Under the pieces are notes generated by a model. The model saw only the letters and a list, made by a program, of their open reading frames with translations. It was not told the DNA's origin and searched no databases. From assembly GCA_965238175.1 (NCBI GenBank), contig CBDEGZ010000003.1, forward strand, positions 2,848,001 through 2,912,000: a stretch of 64,000 nucleotides of DNA, in the 5' to 3' direction. A program made the translations under genes and the position numbers. Source of the stretch: Gammaproteobacteria bacterium (GTDB taxonomy: Bacteria; Pseudomonadota; Gammaproteobacteria; CAJXQU01). Below are positions 1 through 10,484 of this stretch, piece after piece (within the stretch, counting starts at the first letter, position 1; each line of letters starts with the position of its first letter).

Positions 1-258
1 TTATAAACCTAACTTAGATAATTATTCCGTAATAAATTTTCCGAATCTATCACTTGATCCTAAATTTCTATGTCCCTACGAACTGGCTATCCACTCATAA
101 GAAGCGCTTTGGCCGGAAGGGGTTGTGCGCTTGGCGAGCAGGTTGGTCTCGGAGTCGTAGTAGCGGTAAAAGTGGTAGTAAAGCGGGTATCGGATGCATT
201 ACACGTTGGAAAAGTTTAATTTTCAACCCAACTCTTTTGGGAAATTACCACTCTATAA

Positions 259-642
259 CTATATCCGCAAAAAATCATCCAAATCAGTTGTTTTCTCGTT
301 GACTTCGAGCTGCCATTTTTCGTTGGAAATACTATGAATTTGAACTTTTTTTGGAAAAATTTCTAAATCAGATTCAAAGTATAATGTGCAGTATATATAA
401 TTCAATTTTAATTTTTGTAAAAAATAATAATAATCTCGAATATACTCATTCTTATCTGATTCGTAATATTCTTTAAATTCCGCACATATAGCATAGTTGT
501 GAAATCCACTGCTTCTACATTTGTAAGGATCAAATATTGTATTTTTCAAATAGGAGGTATGACATTCAATATAATTTTCGAATTCTTCCACATCTAAGTG
601 ATGAATTCTAATGTAGCCAGTTATTATTGTGTGGGAAGACAT
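259..642 (-). CDS. Hypothetical protein, possible immunity protein of the upstream Rhs tip
   Basis: 127-aa low-GC ORF directly downstream of an Rhs C-terminal fragment; no recognisable motif. Confidence 0.5.
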   Translation of the reverse strand: MSSHTIITGYIRIHHLDVEEFENYIECHTSYLKNTIFDPYKCRSSGFHNYAICAEFKEYYESDKNEYIRDYYYFLQKLKLNYIYCTLYFESDLEIFPKKVQIHSISNEKWQLEVNEKTTDLDDFLRI

Positions 643-713
643 TTTCTAATAAATTAAATCTACAACTTTAAAAACACGATATGTACTGGAATTAGGAATC
701 AAAATTTTATCTC

Positions 714-1010
714 TCATAACATCTTTTTAACCAATTTGTTTACAAAATCAGTAACCACAGTTCCGTGAACCATACTGGTATCAAGCAAAAGTCTCCAGTT
801 ATCGCTTCGTTGGTTGGCTAAGTACTCTCCAAGTTTTTTTTGACTGACCTCATCCGCTGCCAATATATTGGCTAGTGATATTTTTTTATTTGCGGACAAA
901 GTTTCTTTAATAACGTGGACAATTTTACAGCCAGCCAATCCCAGTTTATCCATCTAGACGATTGGGTCAAGCACATAGGCTCGCGGCCTTTCACCGCCCG
1001 CCAGATCTAT
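714..1010 (-). pseudogene. Orphan Rhs C-terminal toxin cassette remnant
   Basis: Minus frame reads IDLAGGERPRAYVLDPIV*MDKLGLAGC, resembling the Rhs core end (GLAGGxNxYAYVxNPxxWIDPLGL), with TAG at 954-956 in the Trp position. Confidence 0.75.
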
Positions 1011-1154
1011 CACAAAGCCGCTTCGCAAGAGGCTACTAAGCCCCAAGGCCAGACCACAACGGCCAAGCTTCACCGACTAAGATAGCCCGGAGACAGACCA
1101 AGGACAAACCGTTTCTTGCCGCCGGGGGTAAAGGGGGGGAAGTGGCATTAAGAT

Positions 1155-1499
1155 TCAAAGCTCAACAGAGGAAAGATCAACATCAAAACTTTGCTCATCC
1201 CATTGCTTAACCTGCGCAATAAAATCTTCTGGCAGTTCAACGTTGTACTTCTTAACATAGGTGCTTAGATCACTTCCCCAAACCCAAAAACCATCAGTCA
1301 GCATGGATTGTGGGCCAATCACCTCGCCGGAAATGATATCCTTTATAAGGCCAAAGGCAGCGGCACAAACCACCCCACTGCTAAGATAAGATATTATCTT
1401 TTCTTTATAGGCGTGCGCTTCATCACGTTTGGCCTCATAGATGCTTCCGCAATTTCCATAAGGCGTTTCTTCAAAAAAGCAGAGTGCTTTCAACTTCAT
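1155..1499 (-). CDS. Hypothetical protein, polymorphic-toxin immunity-like
   Basis: 114 aa with TDGxWVWxxDLxxYVxxYNVxLPxDF motif; toxin/immunity context. Confidence 0.6.
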   Translation of the reverse strand: MKLKALCFFEETPYGNCGSIYEAKRDEAHAYKEKIISYLSSGVVCAAAFGLIKDIISGEVIGPQSMLTDGFWVWGSDLSTYVKKYNVELPEDFIAQVKQWDEQSFDVDLSSVEL

Positions 1500-1540
1500 A
1501 ATTAGTTACCTGTGACCGTAACTTATTGTAATTCAAGTCG

Positions 1541-1758
1541 TCAGTCTAATCCCTTTTTTTGCTTAGGTATCTTTCGAATGGCGGGAGAAAAACAGGCACC
1601 AGTGAATTCACTTCTCTCAAATGTGTTTTTAAAGTGCTCCGTACAAAATATGGACATCTGTGAAGATTTTTTATCACGAAAAACATGAATACCTGGAGGA
1701 ACAGGTTTGGTGAATTCCTTTATCGAGAAATCTGGATCCTTCTTTGTCTGGGACACGG
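1541..1758 (-). pseudogene. 3' fragment of an Imm11/DUF1629-like immunity gene cut by IS3
   Basis: HVFR...IFCTEHFK...EFTGACF C-terminal pattern; the first codons of the listed ORF come from the IS3 inverted repeat. Confidence 0.5.
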
Positions 1759-1821
1759 TGAACCTGCTACATTTTAACGGATACATTAAATAGGCGACAA
1801 TATGCCTTTAGGAGTATCCAA

Positions 1822-2133
1822 ATGACCAGCAACAGAAAACCATACAAAACCTATACCCGAGAATTCAAACTAGAAGCGTTACGCTTGATGGAGCAATCAG
1901 ATAAACCGTCATCTGAGATTGCCGCTGAACTTGGTATACGGCGTAATCAGCTCTATAAATGGAAAGAACAACTGACCGACAAAGGTGATACTGCATTCCC
2001 AGAACAACGTGGAAGGCCTAAGAAAGAAGCACAAAGTGAACTCACCACCTTACGCCAAGATAATGCACGGCTGAAGGAGGAAGTTGAGATATTAAAAAAG
2101 GCCGCGGTGTACTTTGCAGGCGAACTCAAGTGA
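1822..2133 (+). CDS. IS3 transposase OrfA (HTH)
   Basis: YTREFKLEA...IAAELGI...LKKAAVYFA. Confidence 0.92.
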   Translation: MTSNRKPYKTYTREFKLEALRLMEQSDKPSSEIAAELGIRRNQLYKWKEQLTDKGDTAFPEQRGRPKKEAQSELTTLRQDNARLKEEVEILKKAAVYFAGELK

Positions 2134-2990
2134 AGTACGCCTTTATTAAAATACAACGTCGCCATCACTCTGTGTCGTTATTATGTCGCACCCTGACTGT
2201 CTCAGTCAGTGGTTATTATGATTGGTTAGACAGGCCTCAAAGTAAGACACACTCAACGAATCAACGGTTACTGACGAAAATAAGATGTTTTCATCAAGCT
2301 AGTTTTAAGCGTTATGGTTCACCTCGGATACATCGAGACCTACTCGATTCAGGTGAAAAAGTAAGTCGACCGCGTGTTGCACGTTTGATGAAGACTGCTG
2401 GCATTCAATCGAAGATGGCCAAACGGTTTGTGATTACAACCAATTCAAAAAATACCACAGCACCTGCACCCGATAGGCTCAAACGTGAATTTCGTGTCAA
2501 TGAAACAAATAAAGCCTGGGTAGCTGACACGACCTTTATTCGTACTCGGCAAGGTTGGTTATATTTGGCTACCATGATGGACTTGTATTCACGGCAAATT
2601 ATTGGCTGGGCGATGTCTGAGCGTAATGACACCAAGCTAGTCACTGATGCGTTAACGATGTCGCTGTCACGCAGAGACAAGGCAAAAGATGTGATTGTCC
2701 ATTCCGACCAAGGCAGCACTTATGCCTCGGGTGATTATCGAAAGCTCATTAAAGATAATGGCTTCCTTTGTAGTATGAGCCGAAAAGGTGAATGCCATGA
2801 TAATGCGGTCGCTGAAAGTTTCTTCGGCAGCCTCAAAACAGAGTTGGTTGATGATGAGGATTATCGAACACGTAGCGATGCCAAACAAAGCCTATTTCAC
2901 TATATTGAAGTGTTTTATAATCGAAGACGGAGGCATTCTTATTTAGGCTATGTTAGCCCTGTAGAATTTGAGCGGGCAAATGCCCCTTAG
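2130..2990 (+). CDS. IS3 transposase OrfB (DDE core)
   Basis: WVADTT, HSDQGSTY and DNAVAESFF motifs. Confidence 0.93.
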   Translation: MKYAFIKIQRRHHSVSLLCRTLTVSVSGYYDWLDRPQSKTHSTNQRLLTKIRCFHQASFKRYGSPRIHRDLLDSGEKVSRPRVARLMKTAGIQSKMAKRFVITTNSKNTTAPAPDRLKREFRVNETNKAWVADTTFIRTRQGWLYLATMMDLYSRQIIGWAMSERNDTKLVTDALTMSLSRRDKAKDVIVHSDQGSTYASGDYRKLIKDNGFLCSMSRKGECHDNAVAESFFGSLKTELVDDEDYRTRSDAKQSLFHYIEVFYNRRRRHSYLGYVSPVEFERANAP

Positions 2991-3038
2991 TTATTTGCTC
3001 CGTTAAAGTGTTGCAACCTCAATTCCGGACGGTTTAGT

Positions 3039-4264
3039 TGTAGAAATTCAGATTTGATCTGACAGTTACCCAATTATCAGTAACCGACTGTCAGGTTAAG
3101 TTTAATTCACAAACTTTTCCTTCCAGATAGCTTGTCCGTCGATGAGTGTTTCCATCGGCGTCCTCCCGCAGCACATTTTGCCTTGGTGAGTTCGTTGAGT
3201 ATTGTATTTGAGCAACCATTCGTCAAGGTCGAGTTGCAGTTCATCAATCGATTGGTAAATTTTCTTACGCAAAGCGACTTGATAAAACTCATTGAGGATC
3301 GTCTTATGGAATCGCTCACAAATACCATTCGTCTGAGGTGATTTGACCTTGGTTTTGGTGTGTTCGATATTGTTCAACGCCATATAAAGCTGATAATCAT
3401 GCTGGTCAGCTCGCCCACAATACTCCGTCCCTCTATCTGTCAAAATGCGCAACATAGGCAAACGTTGTTCTTCGTAGAATGGGAGGACGCGGTCATTGAG
3501 CATGTCAGCTGCCGTAATCGGTGTTTTAGTCGGGTACAGTTTCGCGTGAGCGACCTTGCTGTAAGTATCAACAAACGTTTGTTGATAAACCCGACCAATG
3601 CCTTTGAAAGTACCGACATAGTAAGTATCTTGCGAGCCAAGATAACCAGGGTGTGCCGTTTCTATCTCGCCACAAGCCTCATCGTCGTCTTTTTTGCGTT
3701 CCATCGCCGCGACTTGAGACTCAGTGAGGATCAAGCCTTCACCAGCTACCTTATCAGACAATGCCTTCAGGCGATCTTTAAAGCAAGCAAGACCATGACG
3801 AAGCCAGATACAACGAACGCCACTGGGTGAGACAAATGTTCCCCGTTTGCGCAGCTCGTTACTGGTGCGCGTTTGACCATGTGCGGGCTCTTCCAGTGCA
3901 TACTCGAGCACAACGGTTTCAATAGCCGGGTCGATTCTGTTTTTAAGATTTGGGGTACGCCGATTACGATCAAACAAGGCTTCTACACCGCCTTCATCAG
4001 CCGCTTCTTTGTAGCGATAAAATGTATCTCTGGACAAACCCATCATCTTGCAGGCTTTTGAGACATTGCCGAGTTCTTCAGCGAGATTGAGTAGACCAAC
4101 TTTATGTTTTATAACTTTGTCATTAGTATGAATCATGAGAGTTACCTCTTTGTGTTTTGATGTTTACGTTGCAGTTACATCAAAGCGGGTAACTCTCACT
4201 AAATCAAGCGTCGCTACGCTCCGCTTGATTTAGTGATGTGTCAGATTGGGTCTAAACTTCTACA
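3039..4264 (-). mobile_element. IS481-family element copy 1 (1226 bp; transposase 3102-4136)
   Basis: TGTAGAA...TTCTACA termini, 344-aa HTH+DDE transposase, near-identical to four other copies; no TSD. Confidence 0.95.
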
Positions 4265-4564
4265 AATTAAAGAACTTAATGCTCTTAAACAACGTTCAGA
4301 AAAAAATAGAACGGGGCCAGTACCAACACACAAATCAACAGGCTTGTCAGAGGGAAGTCCCTCTTCGCCACCAACTATCTCTACGTCAAAAGGTTGATTT
4401 TTATTTATAAAGCTACGTCTGTCATCAACTTCTTGTTTTTTTTGCTCTAGGAGTTTCCAAGCGGCACTTTGAAAATAGTCGTCATCCTCAAAGACAAAAA
4501 GAATTTCAGAAGATTCTTCTTCCGTTTCAATTCCATAAATCATAGCCCTGTCACCTCCGTTCAT
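4265..4564 (-). pseudogene. 5' fragment of an immunity-like gene truncated by IS481
   Basis: ORF reads into the IS end (CRSLDPI*); D...LFFSERC pattern resembles the Imm11 N-terminal half. Confidence 0.5.
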
Positions 4565-4850
4565 AACAAATTCAATATAACAAATTTAAATTTTTTGCCA
4601 CCTCAGCCGTGACTTTTGCGTACCTATCTTTTGAAGCAAGGTTAGCCAAGTTTTGCGAATTTGCCATCTTTCTAGAAAGAGAATTGAGGGTGGAAACCAC
4701 TTGTTTCGCTCCCCCTTAGTTTATACGCATTGAAGATCATTTTATTTGCGATTTTGGAATACACTTTACCGTGTGATCTGTTGTGTAGCAGTTCGTTTTG
4801 TCCACCTGTGAAGCGCTTTGGCCGGAAGGTGTTGTGCGCTTGTTTGAAAA

Positions 4851-5331
4851 CTATCGATTTGCCAGAAGAAGACCTATTTCTGCTGCAATCGCAGGCGCGC
4901 TGGTAAATACATGATCCCCACAGGGCTCAAAATAATCCACTTCCACACCGTATTGATCTATGTAGACATTTAGTAGGTTATTATGAAAACAATGCCGATC
5001 ATAAAGATCAGCATCAGGCAGATTCCCCAAGTAAACAAAATCTCCTCCAGACCAGTTCAAATTGTTTACAATTTGGGGGGGGGAGTAACAAATTATATTT
5101 GGAAATATTGAGATCCTTTAGTTCAGGTAAGGTCGAGAATTTATCCTTGAAAATGTAAATAATATTTAGTAATTCGTCAGGAGGGCTATTCTCCGAATAA
5201 AGGGCATCAATTTTAGCGACAATACCAAAAAAATAGCCAATGCTTTTGATTTGAAGACTAAAAACATCACCCACAACAGGTTTTTTTCGCCTTGCTTTGC
5301 CTCTTACCACATCAAAATTCATGATATCCAT
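4851..5331 (-). pseudogene. Imm26-like immunity gene frameshifted at a C9 tract
   Basis: KPVVGDVFSLQI..GYFFGIV N-terminus; removing one C from the tract at 5075-5083 joins ORFs 5014-5331 and 4851-5060. Confidence 0.65.
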
Positions 5332-5614
5332 TATTTAAAAAGACCTCCAAATCCATTGCTGTTAAGCCAATCTTCTCCCCATTTTACTGCTGCATCAAAG
5401 TGGGCATGATTGGCGTCAATAGGGTTGTTAACATTAGGCTTATTGACCGCTTTTATACCCTTTTTCTTCATTCGGTTATAAACGGCCTGTTCTATGGCAC
5501 GAGCCTGGTTTCGCATTAGCAGGCCAGATTTCCGTGTCAAGCGATCCAGTTTATAAACTCCCTTCGGATACCTAGTCAAATAGTTTTTGCTAATCTCTTT
5601 TTTTAGAAATGCCA
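5331..5614 (-). pseudogene. Orphan toxin C-terminal tip (Rhs-CT-like)
   Basis: QARAIEQA...NNPID...AVKWGEDWLNSNG; stop overlaps the immunity start (TAATG); no delivery domain. Confidence 0.55.
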
Positions 5615-5627
5615 TTTTTTTAGATTG

Positions 5628-5718
5628 CTGCCAACGGTTTGTATAAGAATAGTAGGGGATTAAAATGTACTTGCTTTTCGGTTTAGCACTTAGCCAAATA
5701 TACAATTTTACTGTTATT
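5628..5718 (-). repeat. attC-like intergenic element A
   Basis: Follows the stop of 5719-6360 and ends TATACAAACCGTTGGCAG; 33/35 identical to element B. Confidence 0.55.
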
Positions 5719-6360
5719 TTATCTTTTAAAGTATTTTTTTAATCTAAGATTAATTTCTTCTTTATCATTTGAAAATGAAGCATTGGGATATTTTATCCAG
5801 TATTCTAATCCTTTTTCGAGAGCCCAAAGAGCTTTGTCTTTATTGTTTTCTATTAAAAAAAAATCACAAGCAACAGAATGTCTACCTCCGTGTTCCTCTT
5901 CAATAATTCTGTTCGCTGACTTTTCCCAACTTGATAAATTATTCAAATATGGTATTCCCACAGTTAATAAATTTTCTTTGAGAGTTGTCATAACATTAGC
6001 ACGGTATTTAACGTTTATTATTTCAAAATGTAATTGTTCTTCATTGTCAATAACAGCTTTTTTCCAATTTGGAATATTCCAACAGGAAACTCCTCCCATA
6101 GAATAATTTACAGGCTTTTTTCTATATTCTTTTTCATACCATTTACTATATGCTTTAGATTCAACACCTAGTAATGTCCAAAATTCAGCATTTACATTTT
6201 CTTGATTATGCCTATTAAGTTGAAAATGTATTTTTTGTTCAAAATCTCCTGTTTTTCTTTTGAATGATAAAGAACTTTTTAAAAACCTAAATCCTGTTTC
6301 CAATAAAGGCTCAGAAAGATGCTCAAGTATATTTTCTGTAATTAATTCTCTTGGTTTCAT
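5719..6360 (-). CDS. Hypothetical cassette protein (DUF4304-like)
   Basis: 213-aa low-GC ORF starting LSEPLLETGFRF...FKRK. Confidence 0.6.
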   Translation of the reverse strand: MKPRELITENILEHLSEPLLETGFRFLKSSLSFKRKTGDFEQKIHFQLNRHNQENVNAEFWTLLGVESKAYSKWYEKEYRKKPVNYSMGGVSCWNIPNWKKAVIDNEEQLHFEIINVKYRANVMTTLKENLLTVGIPYLNNLSSWEKSANRIIEEEHGGRHSVACDFFLIENNKDKALWALEKGLEYWIKYPNASFSNDKEEINLRLKKYFKR

Positions 6361-6373
6361 TTTGTTCTTATTA

Positions 6374-6510
6374 CTGCCAACGGTTCGTGTAAGAATAGTA
6401 GGGGATTACGGACTTCATTCTTGTCAAGTTACAAGAAAATTGAAGCGGGCTACAACTCTTGAATTTACCACTTTCCCAGCTATGTGTTTTTACACATTAT
6501 TTTGTTTCAT
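6374..6510 (-). repeat. attC-like intergenic element B
   Basis: Imperfect palindrome GTGTAAAAA...TTCTTACAC ending CCGTTGGCAG just before the next start codon. Confidence 0.55.
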
Positions 6511-6523
6511 ACATTGGTATCAA

Positions 6524-7243
6524 TTATTTAATTCTTAAGACTCCCGTAACTTCGCTAGTCTCAAAGCCAATATTTACGGTTTTACCCTCATCATTTGTCC
6601 ACGGATTAAAATAATCAAAATCAGCGCCTTTTGAGTCTCTATATTCATTATTCACATTTATCATATTTTCCAATATCACTACATGACCAAAATCATACAG
6701 GATATGAATCTTCTTATTATCATAATAATCAGTACTTTTTGCTCCATTTAGGGCCAATTGAGGCGTGATACTTAAGTCAATTTTTTTGTTGTTTTCAAAC
6801 TCGGATATCGACTGAACTGTGTCTATTTTATAGGGTGAAATATTACATAAATCAAAATGGTATTGGCTTTTAATTCTATCTCCAATTGCACTTAAATGGT
6901 CTTTGTCGAAACAACTATTAAAAATTGAATCCCAATAGTCAGTAGATTTTGAAAAAGTATCATGATCTGGAAATCCATCCGGTTCAATCTCTTGTGTTAT
7001 GTATTGAATAATCGAACCTGCTGTTATAACGCAGTATCCATACGTAATTTTCTTTGCTGCATGCGAACCCATCTCATTCTTTGAGAATCTCGTTCTACAT
7101 AATATCTCTCCTTTCTCATTTATTGAGATCGGGATAATTTTTGACTCTATGTATGATGGTCCAGTCGCACAAACATTCCCATACAAAATCATACCCAAGA
7201 GAATGAGGATGAAGTATCTTTTATTGTTCACAAATTTTTTCAT
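6524..7243 (-). CDS. Hypothetical exported protein
   Basis: 239 aa with an N-terminal signal-peptide-like segment. Confidence 0.7.
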   Translation of the reverse strand: MKKFVNNKRYFILILLGMILYGNVCATGPSYIESKIIPISINEKGEILCRTRFSKNEMGSHAAKKITYGYCVITAGSIIQYITQEIEPDGFPDHDTFSKSTDYWDSIFNSCFDKDHLSAIGDRIKSQYHFDLCNISPYKIDTVQSISEFENNKKIDLSITPQLALNGAKSTDYYDNKKIHILYDFGHVVILENMINVNNEYRDSKGADFDYFNPWTNDEGKTVNIGFETSEVTGVLRIK

Positions 7244-7273
7244 GTTGATATTTTAATGTAGGATGCTCTTTTT

Positions 7274-7428
7274 ATACAACGATTTTGTGTATAAAACGTA
7301 GCGTGTAAAAAGAGCTAATTTTTTCGATTAAACACAGAGCGGAATTTTTAAATTTGCCGGTCTTTGCAAATAAGCACTAGCCTTTGGTTTAGCACTTACT
7401 AGCTTATGTTTAATATACTTTGTCACCA
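7274..7428 (-). repeat. attC-like intergenic element C
   Basis: Imperfect palindrome GGTGAC-AAAGTATATTAAACATAAGC...GCTACGTTTTATACAC-AAAATC-GTTGTAT overlapping the upstream stop; shares GGTTTAGCACTTA with element A. Confidence 0.55.
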
Positions 7429-8136
7429 AACGTTTTTCATTAATTCTAAATCTTTAATATAGTCATTGTCGTGTACAGTTGTATAAGCAATAAAATCATC
7501 GGTTTTGTTTAAATCTTTAAATTGATTGTTTGCTTTTAATTCTAAAAAATGACTATTTGAAATTGTTATCAATTTATTCTTAAATAATTCAAAACCTTGG
7601 TTATTCAATATGCTTTCATGAACTTCACTTGAAATTCTAATTCGTTTAAACAAAGAGTGTTCTTTATGAAAGATTTTATCAATTTTTTTAAATTGTGAAC
7701 TCAGGGTATTATATTTCCAATCGCCACTATCAAATTTATTAAACATCTGATAACAATAATTTATTTCATTTAATTTTTCTTGTTTCCTTTCATTCATCAT
7801 AGCTACAATTTGATCAACAGAATATTGTAGACTTTCAGCTTTAATTTTAATTTCTTTTTGTTTCTCTTCATCAAGAATCTCAAAATACAAAGGCTCATTT
7901 TCTGATTTTTCTTTCTGGTATCTTTTTTCTCGCGCTTTTTTATATTCTTCCAGACCTTCAACAGTATTAGCGCAAATATCAATTTCAATATGATCTTGAA
8001 TATCTATGTGTATTGCTAAGACATAAAGGGTTTCATTTTTTAACAACGAGGGTAACTCTCTAACTGATTTTTCAATCATTGATTTTGTTCTTTTATCAAA
8101 TTTTCTATATATCGTGTTAATTTTATTTTGAGTCAT
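7423..8136 (-). CDS. Hypothetical protein (DUF4303-like, immunity-associated)
   Basis: ETLYVLAI...CANTVEGL...SGDWKY pattern. Confidence 0.6.
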   Translation of the reverse strand: MTQNKINTIYRKFDKRTKSMIEKSVRELPSLLKNETLYVLAIHIDIQDHIEIDICANTVEGLEEYKKAREKRYQKEKSENEPLYFEILDEEKQKEIKIKAESLQYSVDQIVAMMNERKQEKLNEINYCYQMFNKFDSGDWKYNTLSSQFKKIDKIFHKEHSLFKRIRISSEVHESILNNQGFELFKNKLITISNSHFLELKANNQFKDLNKTDDFIAYTTVHDNDYIKDLELMKNVW

Positions 8137-8964
8137 AATATTTAGTAGCGAAGTTGTATAGGGATAGGGATCCCTCAGGGCCTCAGTATCTTGCTATTGA
8201 AAAGGAATCAATAGAGTCAACAGGGTTAGAGTGGATTGATTGCAATCACAATTTTCTATTTTACTTATGCAATAATTAGATTTATCAAAGCTAAACCTCT
8301 TACTCAAAAGACGGGATGGCACATTTATTTCTGATAACAACAGCACGATGAATTGAACAAATTATGATTCGTGGTCGATTCTATCTTGATCAAATTTATT
8401 GTTATATAAAATAAGTAATTCTTTATACTTTTGATGTGATGCATATTCGAATACATTCCTATATTCAACAAAAATATTCCTTGGCAAATATTTAATTATG
8501 TAAATTTCTATACCCTTCAATGCAAGTAATTTTCTGGCAAACGCTATAACAACTGACGTGTAATAGTCATATTCTGCATTCTTCTACAATTCAAGTAGAA
8601 AATCATTTCCGGGGAAATTTTTCTAAAGAATTCATCCCCATTCTGTCTTACTTAATTTCCAGGTTGATCGTATAACTCCATCCACATTTGCATCAGATTT
8701 TCAATATCTTCCAAATTCATGTTTGGGAATATGTTTTTTATTCGCGTTTTCCAATATTGCATAGCTCTTATAAGCGTTCATTACATAGAAGTTCTATTTT
8801 AGCGAACTACGTTTGGTCAAAGTGTTCTTAATATTAATGCCTGATGGTATTTACCTATATATTTACTTTTATAAATTTTCTTTTTTTAATTATTTCATAA
8901 TCCATTCAATGTATTAATAACCTACATATAATAGTTTAATCCATTTTCAATTAATGTCTTGGCA

Positions 8965-10254
8965 TCACACCGTTTCAGTATATCCTTTTGCTGTTTTTTG
9001 ACTAATGAGTTTATCATAATGCTTTGTGGCTAATTCTTTGGTGTCGAATGTTTTCGTTTTACTTGTACCGTTTGTTCCTAGACGCCCATAGCGTACGGTA
9101 ACATTAGTGTTGTCTAACGAGATTTCCCAAAATTTGTTTGATTTTTCATCGGAAAATTCAAAGCGGCGCAGATTGGCTTGATTGTTTGTGTTTTCTATTT
9201 TCATATTTTGTTCCTCAGGAGGTGATTTTTGTTTGCTGATGTTTATTTTGATATCCTCTCGAATTCTAAGAAATGAAGGAAATCGAGGCACTCCATCATC
9301 TGATAGTTCTTGATATCGAAAGCTTATGGTACTGCCTATTTCAGGGGGATTGGCACGTTGATGATCTGAAAAACCTGTGCCAATGGAAAATAACGTGCCG
9401 TTATCTAATTGTACGCTAAGTGCTCCCATTTTTCCTTTGTGTTTTCCTTTGCCTGGTTGGTATTCTAGTACAACGGCTTCTGCATCAATGAAGCTTTTAA
9501 TTTTCAACAAAGTGTTGGAGCGCCCAATTTCATATAAGGATTTTGGTTGACGAAGCATAAGTCCTTCACCCCCCAATGCTTCTACTCGTTGTAATTCTTC
9601 TTTTAGGTGAACACTACTTTCACAGGGTATATGCGAAAGCTGTTCTATATATGTGTTTTTTGAATTAAGGTGAGTGCGTATAATTTCCAGACGTTCTTCA
9701 AAGCTGCCTTTTTCTGCGGGAGCATCAAATACTAGAAAACGAATATTTTTCCAATGTTCGCTTTTATCTTGCCGGCGAACAATGCTTACGGTTTTTTGAA
9801 ACATTTTACGATCCATCCACAGCTCACCATCTAAAGGAAAAGCGGGAAGTTTATCAACAAACCAATCGGGAGCGTGGTATTCATTTCCTTGGCGGGATAA
9901 AAATTTTTCGCCTGTCCAATAGGCTCTTACACCATCGAGTTTTTCGCTCATCCACCAACCGGTTATATCCTGTTGACCATCCCAAGCGGTAGCAAGCAAC
10001 AGAGGAGGAGTATCTTTTTTTATGTTACTTTTTTTAATTGTTTTGGTGGGTAGTATTCCGCCTAGCCTATCTTTTTCAGCTTGTTCCCCTCGATATTGTC
10101 TGAGGTGTTTGCAGGTACGCTGTTCAATAGGTGCAGATTGATTGCGCCAAGCTGGGCAGGAGCAGGAATAAACGCCGCCCACATTTTTTAATAGATAGGG
10201 TTTAACAGCTGAGCCTTTTACTTCTACTGTTTCATTATCGGCTATATCTGACAT
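8965..10254 (-). CDS. ATP-dependent DNA ligase with N-terminal SWIM zinc finger and C-terminal WGR domain
   Basis: YSCSCPAW...TCKH (SWIM); SEKLDGVRA (KxDG), LDGEL, EGLMLR, LLKIK; SNKFWEI...YGRLGT...KGY (WGR). Confidence 0.9.
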   Translation of the reverse strand: MSDIADNETVEVKGSAVKPYLLKNVGGVYSCSCPAWRNQSAPIEQRTCKHLRQYRGEQAEKDRLGGILPTKTIKKSNIKKDTPPLLLATAWDGQQDITGWWMSEKLDGVRAYWTGEKFLSRQGNEYHAPDWFVDKLPAFPLDGELWMDRKMFQKTVSIVRRQDKSEHWKNIRFLVFDAPAEKGSFEERLEIIRTHLNSKNTYIEQLSHIPCESSVHLKEELQRVEALGGEGLMLRQPKSLYEIGRSNTLLKIKSFIDAEAVVLEYQPGKGKHKGKMGALSVQLDNGTLFSIGTGFSDHQRANPPEIGSTISFRYQELSDDGVPRFPSFLRIREDIKINISKQKSPPEEQNMKIENTNNQANLRRFEFSDEKSNKFWEISLDNTNVTVRYGRLGTNGTSKTKTFDTKELATKHYDKLISQKTAKGYTETV

Positions 10255-10484
10255 AGAAAATGGTGTTTGTTAAAAAATTTATTCCTAATACTATATTTAT
10301 TTAAATGAACAAGAAAGTCACTCCTGTTTTCTTAATTTTAAGTAAATTCGTTATTTCTTTTTTTTCAAAAAAAAATTCCATCTAAATATTTTCTCTTTTT
10401 ATAACAAAAACCAATTGATAAGCGTAGGGAACCCTTGGATTAACGCAGGCAAATAACTGTTAGATTAAGCCTGTGCTTCTACAC

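Larger units (their letters stand above)
1759..3021 (+). mobile_element. IS3-family insertion sequence
   Basis: Imperfect TIRs TGAACCTGCTACATTTTAACGGA (1759) and TCCGTTAAAGTGTTGCAACCTCA (ends 3021); orfA plus orfB; A6G motif at 2094-2100; no target duplication. Confidence 0.93.

Noticed and set aside
3107-4061. Recurrent short ORFs inside each IS481 copy
   Set aside because: Alternative-frame or antisense shadows of the transposase, repeated only because the IS is repeated
5615-5705. N-terminal part of ORF 5331-5705
   Set aside because: It is translated from the attC-like repeat and is unlikely to be real coding sequence
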